A DNA stretch of 64,000 nucleotides from an uncultured Bacteroidales bacterium (GTDB lineage Bacteria; Bacteroidota; Bacteroidia; Bacteroidales; Paludibacteraceae). Every line of letters begins with the position of its first letter. Positions within the stretch are counted from its first letter, which is position 1. The position numbers were made by a program, and so were the translations under genes. This document shows, in pieces, positions 1-8,404 of the stretch. Below the pieces are notes generated by a model, which saw only the letters and a list, made by a program, of their open reading frames with translations, made no database searches and was not told the DNA's origin. The DNA is taken from assembly GCA_937907165.1 (NCBI GenBank), contig CALCUH010000034.1:10840-74839 (forward strand). The letters are read 5' to 3'.

Positions 1-287
1 CCGATTTTACGGTTACGCAAGATGGCGCGCTCGTTTTTGCCCATCGTGCGGACCTCCACACCATCCAAGTAGTACTCGCCGGAAGTAGGCGTATCCAAAC
101 AACCGAGAGAGTTCAACAAAGTGGACTTTCCCGAACCGGACGTTCCCATGATGGTCACGAACTCCCCCTCATAGATGGCGAAAGAGACACCGCGCAAAGC
201 ATGCACCACCTCATCGCCGACAACGAAGTCACGTCTGACATCACGCAGTTCGATAATCGGCCGTCTCGTTTCCTTATTCTGTTCCAT
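1..287 (-). CDS. ABC transporter ATP-binding protein, MacB/LolD-like; N-terminal part only, gene runs off the left edge
   Basis: Own minus-strand translation from the ATG (reverse complement of 285-287): MEQNKETRRPIIELRDVRRDFVVGDEVVHALRGVSFAIYEGEFVTIMGTSGSGKSTLLN..., with Walker A GTSGSGKST. It starts 12 nt after the stop of the upstream adaptor gene. It is absent from the ORF track because it is truncated. Confidence 0.85.
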   Translation of the reverse strand, partial: MEQNKETRRPIIELRDVRRDFVVGDEVVHALRGVSFAIYEGEFVTIMGTSGSGKSTLLNSLGCLDTPTSGEYYLDGVEVRTMGKNERAILRNRKI

Positions 288-298
288 GGGCATAACAA

Positions 299-1504
299 TC
301 ATTTAGGTTTACCACCACCCGGACGTTTAGGCATGAACGGGCTTCCACCCTTAGCAGGATCAGGAGCGCCCGCAGGCTTACCCTCCATCTCAGAGGTCTC
401 GATAGAAGAGACGATCAAGTGCTCACCAAGGTTCAAACCAGAGAGCACCTCCGTGCGAGAACCATTGCTCACACCCGTCTTGATGCAGCGTTGCTCCGCC
501 AATGTCTTATCCACGATCGCCCAAACGGTAGGACCTTGAATAGAGTCAGGGCTCAACCATTTAGCCGTCATTCCCGGAGGCAACAACTTCTCGTCCATTT
601 GGAAACGCAAAGCCTTGTTAGGAATCGTCACGATGCTATCCTTGTTCAATGTAAGTACCGAAATATTAGCCGTCAAACCCGGTTTCAGTTTCATATCAGG
701 GTTCTTAGCATCTACAATCACCTCGTAAGTCACCACATTAGAAGTCGTCGTAGGCTCCAAACGGACCTGACGAACAACACCCTTGAACTGGTCGTTCGGA
801 TAAGCGTCCACGGTAAACTCCACAGACTGTCCTTCAGCCACCTGACCGATGTCAGCCTCATCGATATTCGCCACAACCTGCATATCCACTAAGTTCTCCG
901 CAATGATGAAGAGAGTCGGAGTCGTCATGCTCGCCGCAACGGTCTGTCCCTCCTCCACTTCAACGGAAATCACGACACCATTGATTGGGGAAGTAATCGT
1001 CGCATACCCCAAATTGGTCTGCGCCCTATCCACCTCATATTTCGCTTTGCGCAAAGAGTTGGAGACCTTCATATATTGGAACTCGATCTCCTCGAACTCC
1101 GCCTCGCTGATGAGTTTCTTTTCATGCAGCGCCACATTCCTATCATACACTTTCTTGTAATAATCATACTCATGCATCGCATTGGAGTAATCGGTCTTGG
1201 CAGACTCCAAAGAGGTAGAAAGTGTGGAACGATCCAACTCAGCCAAGAGTTGTCCCTTCTTCACCTTGGAATTATAATCCACATGAATCTTATCAATTTT
1301 TCCGGAGACCTGCGTACCCACCTCAACCTCAGTGACAGGCTCGACCTTACCGGTAGCCGTGATTGCGTTCGTGATGGTTCCCAACTCCACAACCTCAGTC
1401 TTCACGATGGCTTGAGGCTTTTTCTTCTTACCGAAGAATAAAAAATAAGCGGCTACCGCTAAAAGCAGTATCCCCAAAATCACTAAAATCCTCTTTTTAT
1501 TCAT
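299..1504 (-). CDS. efflux transporter periplasmic adaptor subunit (HlyD/membrane-fusion family, MacA-like)
   Basis: 401-aa ORF with an N-terminal TM anchor (ILVILGILLLAVAAYFLFF), coiled-coil and barrel-sandwich-like sequence, and a Gly/Pro-rich tail. It lies directly upstream of the ABC ATPase. Confidence 0.85.
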   Translation of the reverse strand: MNKKRILVILGILLLAVAAYFLFFGKKKKPQAIVKTEVVELGTITNAITATGKVEPVTEVEVGTQVSGKIDKIHVDYNSKVKKGQLLAELDRSTLSTSLESAKTDYSNAMHEYDYYKKVYDRNVALHEKKLISEAEFEEIEFQYMKVSNSLRKAKYEVDRAQTNLGYATITSPINGVVISVEVEEGQTVAASMTTPTLFIIAENLVDMQVVANIDEADIGQVAEGQSVEFTVDAYPNDQFKGVVRQVRLEPTTTSNVVTYEVIVDAKNPDMKLKPGLTANISVLTLNKDSIVTIPNKALRFQMDEKLLPPGMTAKWLSPDSIQGPTVWAIVDKTLAEQRCIKTGVSNGSRTEVLSGLNLGEHLIVSSIETSEMEGKPAGAPDPAKGGSPFMPKRPGGGKPK

Positions 1505-1688
1505 ATCATTAATTATAGTTTATTCTCGAGTATGTCACAAACACATCTCATAAGATAAAGCATATCCCATAAGAAAGAAAAATAAATTTCTAAAAATATC
1601 GGATATCATGGAACAGGAAATCGACGAATCGGCGAATTTCATCGACGAATTAGCGTCATGCGCCGTCCATTGATTCATTTCGCTAATA

Positions 1689-2321
1689 TCAGCGACCTGC
1701 GTTCGCATTCAATATTTCAGTCACTTTCTCCCGCCAATCCTCCCTATTCAAAGGTTGATAGACATGGAAGCCCATAGACTTGGCCGTTTCGATATTTTTT
1801 TGTCCGTCATCCACAAAGAGTGTCTCCTCCGCCTTAATGCCCGCCTTCTCCAACACATAAGAAAATATCTCACGGGAAGGCTTCGTCATCTTCAGCCGAT
1901 ACGAAGCGAAAAGCTCATCAAAATAATAGGAGATCGGCTTGCCAAGTTCCGTAAACGATTCGGATTCAGCCCATTCGAAGACATGAGGATTAATATTACT
2001 CAACAAATAGAGACGATAGTTTTCACGCAAGCTCTCCAGAAAACGCAAGCGGTTCAGATCCACGCGCTCCACGATAGAGAGCCAAGCGTCCTCGATCGCC
2101 TCGTCAGGCACCCATTTGCCCGTCAAGGCACGAAATGCGTCATTGAACTCAGCGCGGTTCTTCGAGCCATCCTCCAAATCGAGGAAGATACCATTCTGAC
2201 GATATAAATTCAGATAATCGGAGGTATTCTCCAAACCCAATGCTTGGAAGGAGCGTATCGCCCGCTCCAAATCAGCGTCGATCAGGACACCGCCGAAATC
2301 GAATACCACATTCTTGATCAT
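1689..2321 (-). CDS. HAD-superfamily hydrolase
   Basis: 210-aa ORF. Motif I-like VVFDFGGVLID, plus KPSREIF and FVDDGQKN, are typical of HAD subfamily IA. There is a 4-nt overlap with the upstream ORF. Confidence 0.8.
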   Translation of the reverse strand: MIKNVVFDFGGVLIDADLERAIRSFQALGLENTSDYLNLYRQNGIFLDLEDGSKNRAEFNDAFRALTGKWVPDEAIEDAWLSIVERVDLNRLRFLESLRENYRLYLLSNINPHVFEWAESESFTELGKPISYYFDELFASYRLKMTKPSREIFSYVLEKAGIKAEETLFVDDGQKNIETAKSMGFHVYQPLNREDWREKVTEILNANAGR

Positions 2322-2845
2322 CTCTTCAGCAAAAAGTAATCCGAGAACGACCCCTTAGAAAGGGCAGGTTTAATATAGACCTCGCTATCCTTCGGAAATT
2401 TTCTAATCATATCCATCACAGCCGGAACACCAGCTTCCTTTGCCAATTTCGACAAGTCATAGACAAAGATGCCGGAGCAAACCCTCTTCCCCTCCTTCTC
2501 GGAGAACTGCAAATCCTTCAATTCGCATTCCATCTCCATAGGTCCGCTCTCGATCTTGCAGGGAACAGCCAATATACTATCCTTGCAATCCGTCTCAATG
2601 GTCAACGCAAACGAAAGAGGCAACTCACCATACATTAGACGATTCTCGTAGATGGACTCCTGAATCGGCGAGAAATCGGGCGTCACACACTCCACCGACA
2701 TATAGCAGACACTACGCATGGAGACAAAGTTCCAAACGGTTTTGCTATTGTCCTGCTGAGGCTCTGACTCACCACCCCAAAGGGCGACGGCCAAAGCCGA
2801 GAGAGCGCACACCGACAATATGGCCACTAAAAGATATTTCTTCAT
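2318..2845 (-). CDS. hypothetical secreted/lipoprotein-like protein
   Basis: ORF with signal-like MKKYLLVAILSVCALSALA. It is packed between pyrD and the HAD gene. I recognise no family. The start was chosen at the MKKY methionine. Confidence 0.5.
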   Translation of the reverse strand: MKKYLLVAILSVCALSALAVALWGGESEPQQDNSKTVWNFVSMRSVCYMSVECVTPDFSPIQESIYENRLMYGELPLSFALTIETDCKDSILAVPCKIESGPMEMECELKDLQFSEKEGKRVCSGIFVYDLSKLAKEAGVPAVMDMIRKFPKDSEVYIKPALSKGSFSDYFLLKR

Positions 2846-2850
2846 ATACA

Positions 2851-3762
2851 TTAGATTTTCAACGCACCGACAATCTCCTTAACGGACTTACATCCATGGC
2901 GCTCCAAATAGTCGTTCACACCCTCCACCACTTTCAAAGTCACAGAAGGATCAATAAAGTTAGCCGTGCCGATTTCGACGGCGGAAGCGCCAGCCAAGAA
3001 GAATTCGACCGCATCCGTAGCGTTCATAATACCTCCCAGACCGATTACAGGAATCTTCACCGCCTTAGCCACCTGCCAAACCATACGCAAAGCGACTGGC
3101 TTCACGCAAGGACCTGACAAACCGCCCGTCACCGTAGAGAGGACCGGCTTCATCCGTTCCGCATCGATAGCCATACCCATCAAGGTATTGATAAGCGACA
3201 CGCTATCCGCACCAGCCGCCTCGGCAGCCAAAGCGATTTCGGCGATGTTCGTGACATTCGGAGAGAGTTTCACGATTAAAGTCTTCTTATAAGCCTTACG
3301 GACCGCAGAAACCACAGACTCAGCGCCCGAGCAAGTTGTTCCGAAAGCCATACCGCCTTGTTTCACATTCGGGCAAGAGATATTCAATTCAATGGCGGGG
3401 ATATCCTCCAACGCATTGATTTTCTCAGCAGTCGCCACATAGTCGTCCACGCTAGCGCCCGAAACGTTCACGATCATGTTCGTCTGGACCTTGCGGATAC
3501 GAGGATAGATATTCTCTATGAAATAATCCACACCCTTATTCTGCAGACCCACACAATTCAACATGCCAGAAGGAGTCTCCGCCATACGAGGGTAAGGGTT
3601 TCCCTCACGATGGGCGATTGTGGTTCCCTTCACTATGATACCGCCAATACGGCTGATATCGATGAAATCAGCATACTCCTCACCATATCCGAATGTGCCG
3701 GATGCGGTCATCACCGGGTTCTTCATCTGCAACCCACCAATCTTTACGCTTAAATCTGCCAT
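2851..3762 (-). CDS. pyrD: dihydroorotate dehydrogenase (class 1B) catalytic subunit
   Basis: 303 aa. [21 protein letters not shown] and GGLSGP motifs. It overlaps the pyrK stop. Confidence 0.9.
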   Translation of the reverse strand: MADLSVKIGGLQMKNPVMTASGTFGYGEEYADFIDISRIGGIIVKGTTIAHREGNPYPRMAETPSGMLNCVGLQNKGVDYFIENIYPRIRKVQTNMIVNVSGASVDDYVATAEKINALEDIPAIELNISCPNVKQGGMAFGTTCSGAESVVSAVRKAYKKTLIVKLSPNVTNIAEIALAAEAAGADSVSLINTLMGMAIDAERMKPVLSTVTGGLSGPCVKPVALRMVWQVAKAVKIPVIGLGGIMNATDAVEFFLAGASAVEIGTANFIDPSVTLKVVEGVNDYLERHGCKSVKEIVGALKI

Positions 3763-4526
3763 GTCAAATCTTTTATGTTAAACACTGGGCCATCGGAACA
3801 AACACACTTATGACCGACCTTCGTCTCGGTCACGCAGCAAAGGCAAGCACCCAGACCGCAAGCCATCTTATTCTCCAAAGAGACCTCACAATCGATGCCG
3901 TTCTTAGCGGCGAACGCAGCCACCGCCTTCATCATAGGCGTCGGGCCGCAAGAATATATCTTATCAAACTTCTCCTTCGACAAAACCGAGTGGTTCGTCA
4001 CGAAACCCTTCTCACCAAGAGAGCCGTCTTCCGTCGTCACCAACACCCTGCCGACACGCTCGTAGTGTTCCATTTGAAGCAGATCTTTTCCAGAACGGGC
4101 ACCCAACAAGAAAGTAGGTTGGAACCCTTTTTGCTTCAGATAATTTCCCAGTTCCAACAAAGGAGCCACACCGACACCACCGCCGACCAGCAGCAAAGAT
4201 TTTTGATTGTCGTTAGGATCCGAGAAACCGTTACCCAAAGGCAATACCAAATTCAGCTTGTCGCCAGCCACCAACGTAGCCAGTTTGCGGGTACCGTCGC
4301 CCACCAACTGAATCAAAAGCCACAGCTCGTTTTTACTTCTATCCACGAAATGGATGGAAATCGGACGCCTTAGGAAAGTCGTGGGAGAGTTATCCACACG
4401 CACTTCGGCGAACTGTCCCGGACGCATCTCAGGGAGAGGAGAAGAAGAGGTCAGTTTGACCAATATATGTTTATCACCCAACTTTTCGTTGGAGACAACA
4501 TTCAAATCCAATATCTGTTTTTTCAT
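3750..4526 (-). CDS. pyrK: dihydroorotate dehydrogenase electron-transfer subunit
   Basis: 258 aa. FAD/NAD-binding fold and a C-terminal 2Fe-2S cysteine cluster ([10 protein letters not shown]...CVCSDGP). It is directly upstream of pyrD. Confidence 0.85.
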   Translation of the reverse strand: MKKQILDLNVVSNEKLGDKHILVKLTSSSPLPEMRPGQFAEVRVDNSPTTFLRRPISIHFVDRSKNELWLLIQLVGDGTRKLATLVAGDKLNLVLPLGNGFSDPNDNQKSLLLVGGGVGVAPLLELGNYLKQKGFQPTFLLGARSGKDLLQMEHYERVGRVLVTTEDGSLGEKGFVTNHSVLSKEKFDKIYSCGPTPMMKAVAAFAAKNGIDCEVSLENKMACGLGACLCCVTETKVGHKCVCSDGPVFNIKDLTWQI

Positions 4527-4599
4527 AAACCAACAAATTCACTTTAAAGCACAAAGATAATAAATCCCCGACGGAAGAGACATTTCCGAAGAGTGAATT

Positions 4600-4620
4600 T
4601 TCTTAATTCTTAATTCTTAA
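4600..4620. repeat. three perfect tandem heptamers TTCTTAA, followed by a degenerate fourth copy
   Basis: Read directly from the sequence: ttcttaa ttcttaa ttcttaa ttatctt. It lies in the divergent pyrK/yhhQ intergenic region. Confidence 0.9.
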
Positions 4621-4657
4621 TTATCTTCGCGTCATATTCAACCAAAAGCACAACATC

Positions 4658-5326
4658 ATGGACCAGGTTACGGAAAACCCTGTAAAAAACCGAAGACTTC
4701 CCGCTTTAACGCTCATCGTTTCGGTACTTATCACATGTTACCTCACCGCCAACACCATGGCGGTAAAACTCATCAATGCGCACGGCATCACCCTATTCGA
4801 CGCCGGGACCATCATCTTCCCATTCACCTACATGCTCGGAGACGTGCTAACCGAAATCTGGGGGTTCAAGACCTCCAAACAAGTCATCTGGCTCACCTTC
4901 GGTTGCGAAATCATCTTCACGATATTCACATGGATAGGCATCTGGCTACCCTATCCGGAGGAGACAGTTGCGACAGCCGACGCATATAAAGAGATATTCG
5001 GCATCGTACCGCGCATCACCGTCGCCTCCCTCATCGCCTTCCTTTGCGGAGAGTTGCTCAACGCATGGACCTTCGTGAAAATCAAGGAAGCCACACAAGG
5101 GAAGCGATTCTGGCTACGCGCCATCGGCTCCTCCCTATTCGGCTACATTCTGGACACTACCCTATTCGTCCTCATAGCCTTCGCAGGATGCGTACCCGCC
5201 AATGATCTCATCTCGATGATACTCATACAGATAGTCGTAAAATTATTATTAGAATCCCTATTAGCGACCCCTATCGCTTGGGCGGTCACCAATAAGATAA
5301 AACAGAAGTGCGGACAACTTGATTAA
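4658..5326 (+). CDS. queuosine-precursor transporter (YhhQ/DUF165 family)
   Basis: 222-aa polytopic membrane protein with FPFTYMLGDVLTEIWG, which is typical of the family. Confidence 0.75.
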   Translation: MDQVTENPVKNRRLPALTLIVSVLITCYLTANTMAVKLINAHGITLFDAGTIIFPFTYMLGDVLTEIWGFKTSKQVIWLTFGCEIIFTIFTWIGIWLPYPEETVATADAYKEIFGIVPRITVASLIAFLCGELLNAWTFVKIKEATQGKRFWLRAIGSSLFGYILDTTLFVLIAFAGCVPANDLISMILIQIVVKLLLESLLATPIAWAVTNKIKQKCGQLD

Positions 5327-5461
5327 ATCGTACCGAACTAACAAACAACGAATTACGACATATCATTCATATGTGGCAATAAAATTCAAATCCACAATTC
5401 GAGGAGATATTTACCACAATAAAAAATTTTCTTAACTTCGCGATATCATAAAAAAGCAGAA

Positions 5462-6574
5462 ATGGAAGACTTCATCGTATCAGCAAGAAAATACCGCCCG
5501 ACCACGTTTTTATCCGTAGTCGGACAGAGCGCATTGACCAATACGCTGAAGAGAGCCATTTCCAGCAAACACTTGGCGCACGCCTATCTCTTCTGCGGAC
5601 CGCGCGGAGTCGGAAAGACAACTTGCGCCAGAATCTTCGCGAAGACCATCAACTGTCTGTCGCCGACCGCCGACGGAGACGCCTGCAACGAGTGCGAATC
5701 CTGCAAAGCCTTCAACGAGCAACGCTCCTACAACATCCATGAGTTAGACGCCGCCTCCAACAACTCTGTGGAAGACATCCGTTCGCTCATCGACCAGGTG
5801 CGTGTCGCCCCGCAAATCGGACATTACAGCGTATACATCATCGACGAGGTGCACATGTTGTCACAAGCCGCCTTCAACGCTTTCCTGAAGACGTTGGAAG
5901 AACCGCCGGCACATGCGATCTTCATCCTCGCCACCACAGAGAAGCATAAGATCCTACCAACCATACTCTCACGATGCCAAATTTACGATTTCAACCGTAT
6001 GGGCATCGAAGACACCGTGAAACACCTTCAGATGGTAGCGGAGAAAGAGGGTATCAAAGCGGAGGCGGAAGCCCTAAGCATCATTGCCCAAAAGGCGGAC
6101 GGAGGTATGCGCGACGCCCTCTCCATCTTCGACCAAATAGCAGCCAGCACCGACGGAAACATCACCTATCAAGGTGTGTTGGAGAACTTGAACGTGTTGG
6201 ATTACGACTACTATTTCAAATTGGTAGATTTCTTCTTCAACGGGAAAGTATCCGAAAGCCTACTGACATTCAACGAAATACTAAACAAAGGATTCGAGGC
6301 GCAAAACTTCGTCAACGGACTAAGCGCACACCTTCGCAACCTGATGGTCTGCAAAGACCCGCAAACCGTTCAACTTCTGGACGTGGGAGCGAATGTGAAA
6401 GAGCAATACCAGAAACAGGCGCAAAGCGAAGCCTGCACAAACGAATTCCTATACAAAGCCTTAATGGTCTGCAACCAATGCGACCTCAACTACCGAATCA
6501 GCAAAAACAAGCGGCTGCTTGTTGAGTTAACGCTTATCCGACTTTGCCAATTGTCGGACGAAAAAAAAAAATAA
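5462..6574 (+). CDS. dnaX: DNA polymerase III subunit gamma/tau, N-terminal domains I-III; the genomic frame stops right after an A11 run
   Basis: 370 aa. RKYRPTTF, Walker A GPRGVGKTT, zinc module CNECESCKAF, and the SRC motif LSRCQ. It ends ...LSDEKKK then TAA at 6572-6574, immediately after A11 (6561-6571). Confidence 0.9.
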   Translation: MEDFIVSARKYRPTTFLSVVGQSALTNTLKRAISSKHLAHAYLFCGPRGVGKTTCARIFAKTINCLSPTADGDACNECESCKAFNEQRSYNIHELDAASNNSVEDIRSLIDQVRVAPQIGHYSVYIIDEVHMLSQAAFNAFLKTLEEPPAHAIFILATTEKHKILPTILSRCQIYDFNRMGIEDTVKHLQMVAEKEGIKAEAEALSIIAQKADGGMRDALSIFDQIAASTDGNITYQGVLENLNVLDYDYYFKLVDFFFNGKVSESLLTFNEILNKGFEAQNFVNGLSAHLRNLMVCKDPQTVQLLDVGANVKEQYQKQAQSEACTNEFLYKALMVCNQCDLNYRISKNKRLLVELTLIRLCQLSDEKKK

Positions 6575-7202
6575 TTGGGTAGATGAATGGGATGCCGACT
6601 GGCTACCATTGGACATTTTCCTTCCCAGCACAATCGCGCTAAGACAAGGCGGTCAAACCGTCACGAGGAGCACCAACGGCGCTCCGAGACCCACCGCACC
6701 CGCATCCACAACTCAGACGCAACAGCCTAAAACCAACGTTTACGGAACCACCTCCACCTTCTCCATCAAAGGCGCCATGCAGAAGAAGGAGGAAATCATC
6801 GTGAAACAGCAGGAGGAGCAGATGAGCATCAGCAGTGAAAAGGAGGACTTCACGCAGGAGGCGCTCATCAGAGCATGGAACGCCTACACCCAATTCGCCA
6901 CGGAGAAACCCGTCCTGCAACAAACCATCCAACAATGCAAGCCAGTCCTTGGTACCGATTACAGAATCATACTCGCCGTATACAACTCTTCACAAGAAGA
7001 AATCATGATGAACGAAAGGATTCGAATCGTGAATTACCTGAGAAAAACATTACATAACGGAAGCATTGATTTAGACATACGCATCTATGAAGCAGGCGAG
7101 AGTACGAAAATGCTCACGAAAAAAGAGCTCTTCATCCAAATGATTGGACATAACCCCAACTTGAAAAAACTCACGAAGGAATTCGACCTAGAACTTTCTT
7201 GA
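6573..7202 (+). CDS. dnaX: dnaX tau-specific C-terminal extension, in the +1 frame relative to 5462-6574
   Basis: This frame is open from 6531 through the A-run to 7202. The product has a Pro/Thr/Gln-rich linker and then a conserved-looking C-terminal domain. The only start the ORF track finds is a TTG at 6609. See the dnaX finding. Confidence 0.65.
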   Translation, partial: NWVDEWDADWLPLDIFLPSTIALRQGGQTVTRSTNGAPRPTAPASTTQTQQPKTNVYGTTSTFSIKGAMQKKEEIIVKQQEEQMSISSEKEDFTQEALIRAWNAYTQFATEKPVLQQTIQQCKPVLGTDYRIILAVYNSSQEEIMMNERIRIVNYLRKTLHNGSIDLDIRIYEAGESTKMLTKKELFIQMIGHNPNLKKLTKEFDLELS

Positions 7203-7219
7203 CCGATGGCAAACATAAA

Positions 7220-7257
7220 AAGGCGCAAAGAGACCCTTTCGGACCATCTTGCGCCTT
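7220..7257. terminator. stem-loop between convergent dnaX and the small minus-strand ORF
   Basis: AAGGCGCAA (7220-7228) pairs with TTGCGCCTT (7249-7257). Confidence 0.5.
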
Positions 7258-7277
7258 CCTTCGCAATGAACAATTAA

Positions 7278-7526
7278 TTATGCGAGAGGGAACGACAATT
7301 TCGTCTTGTCGTTCATATCAACTACCATAAAAGAACGTGCGAACTTCTTCAACATTACAATCGTTTCCTCCGATGGAGAAACCAATTCGATACCGATGTT
7401 GTCCTTCTCAATGACCTTCTTACTATGGTCTTCGGCACGATCAAAAATATTAGAATTAAGAGTAAAGGATTTTATCATACGCATTCCATTTAAGTTAATA
7501 CTATTTTTAAAACGAAAAGAACACAT
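7278..7526 (-). CDS. small hypothetical protein (start uncertain; possibly Met at 7484)
   Basis: 82-aa ORF with no recognisable motif. It is the only ORF of reasonable length here, and its coding status is unproven. Confidence 0.35.
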   Translation of the reverse strand: MCSFRFKNSINLNGMRMIKSFTLNSNIFDRAEDHSKKVIEKDNIGIELVSPSEETIVMLKKFARSFMVVDMNDKTKLSFPLA

Positions 7527-7901
7527 GTTTTATTATGCCACATGAGGTATAAAAAAACACGAATTCAAAAATTGCTGATTTCAACGGGAAAAAATCGGCA
7601 TATTTTTTTTTATTTTTTATAATTCACAGCAAAAATCATCTATAGGAGGAGAAAAAAAGTAAAAATAGAGACGCTAGTTTGAAGAATGCGATTCTAAAAC
7701 AGAAATTTCAAAGCTTAAATCAACAAAAGAAGGAGAAAAATATGCCATTTTTTTCAAATTGTCCACACATTTTTTCAAATCGTACACATGAAATCCACAT
7801 GAAAGGGATAAAATTGCAGTGAAAATTAAATGACCCTTATTTGTAAACATAAACACTATATGCAAACCTTAATTTAGTACCATTTGAAGCACATGTAAGA
7901 T

Positions 7902-7932
7902 AAAGCCGCGGATTAACCATTACCGCGGCTTT
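7902..7932 (+). terminator. 10-bp GC-rich stem-loop followed by CTTATTTAT
   Basis: AAAGCCGCGG (7902-7911) pairs with CCGCGGCTTT (7923-7932), with an 11-nt loop. Confidence 0.5.
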
Positions 7933-7936
7933 CTTA

Positions 7937-7972
7937 TTTATATGAGGAGATGAATTTATATGAGGAGATGAA
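7937..7972. repeat. perfect 18-bp tandem duplication (TTTATATGAGGAGATGAA, two copies)
   Basis: Read directly: 7937-7954 is identical to 7955-7972. Confidence 0.95.
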
Positions 7973-8246
7973 CGGGAATAGGAGCAGTCCAACCATGGAA
8001 GGTTCACTTTTCCCATCTTACCCGAAAGGGAGGAAAGATGTGGACAATTTTGAAAAATGTGTGGATTTTAGATTTTATCCACAAAAAGCGAAAAAAAATC
8101 CACAAAAAAATACCGATTTCATCGTAAAATTGCAACAGAAACGATAAGGAAAGCGATTCTAAAGTTTCTAAATTAAATTGACCCTATTATATAAATATAC
8201 TATATCCGTCTAACCTTAATTTACAATGTGAAAAAATTCAAGTTTG

Positions 8247-8280
8247 CGACAAGAGCCCATCATTCGACGGGCTCTTGTCG
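8247..8280. other. perfect 12-bp stem-loop with no clear U-tract
   Basis: CGACAAGAGCCC (8247-8258) pairs with GGGCTCTTGTCG (8269-8280), with a 10-nt loop. Confidence 0.6.
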
Positions 8281-8345
8281 TATCTATGAGTTAACAAAAG
8301 AAAGAGTCCTCATTGTTCCATCACCCGGAACGCAACATTAGGATC

Positions 8346-8374
8346 AAAAAAAAGAGACACCCCCAGGCATCTCT
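8346..8374 (-). terminator. rho-independent terminator of murB
   Basis: In the minus-strand RNA, AGAGAUGCC pairs with GGUGUCUCU (two G-U pairs that only form on the minus strand), followed by U8. Confidence 0.7.
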
Positions 8375-8404
8375 CTCTCAAACATAGTATGATTAAAAAT
8401 TCGC

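Larger units (their letters stand above)
7759..8104. promoter_or_regulatory. cluster of DnaA-box-like 9-mers (candidate oriC or DnaA-regulated region)
   Basis: TTGTCCACA at 7759-7767 (+), AAATCCACA at 7791-7799 (+), TTGTCCACA at 8039-8047 (-), AAATCCACA at 8060-8068 (-), perfect TTATCCACA at 8075-8083 (+), AAATCCACA at 8096-8104 (+), and a weaker TCGTACACA at 7780-7788. A 25-nt A/T-only tract lies at 7600-7624. Confidence 0.45.

Noticed and set aside
201-1441. Plus-strand ORFs (201-539, 419-892, 849-1160, 1076-1441) overlapping the adaptor and ABC genes. Similar antisense ORFs occur inside pyrD/pyrK, mutL, HK, aroC, fabD, nadC and others.
   Set aside because: In each case the opposite strand encodes a recognisable conserved protein, and the antisense translations have no recognisable features.
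4527-4657. Possible preQ1 riboswitch upstream of the YhhQ-type queuosine-precursor transporter.
   Set aside because: There is only a short hairpin (CGGAA-GAGACAT-TTCCG). The conserved preQ1-I features as I recall them (P1 followed by the UUC...loop and an A-rich ACUA tail forming a pseudoknot) are not present.
6609-7202. The 197-aa ORF treated as an independent gene starting at TTG 6609.
   Set aside because: It has no ATG, the frame is open upstream back to 6531 and overlaps the dnaX end, and the content matches a DnaX C-terminus. It is better explained as the tau extension (see the dnaX finding).
7674-8147. Small ORFs 7674-7865 (-, 63 aa) and 7950-8147 (+, 65 aa) in the DnaA-box region. They share a VDN..KCVD peptide.
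   Set aside because: The shared peptide is a by-product of the inverted DNA repeat (7761-7785 against 8040-8068). Neither ORF has a promoter or signal context, and both span repeats and boxes that are more plausibly non-coding.
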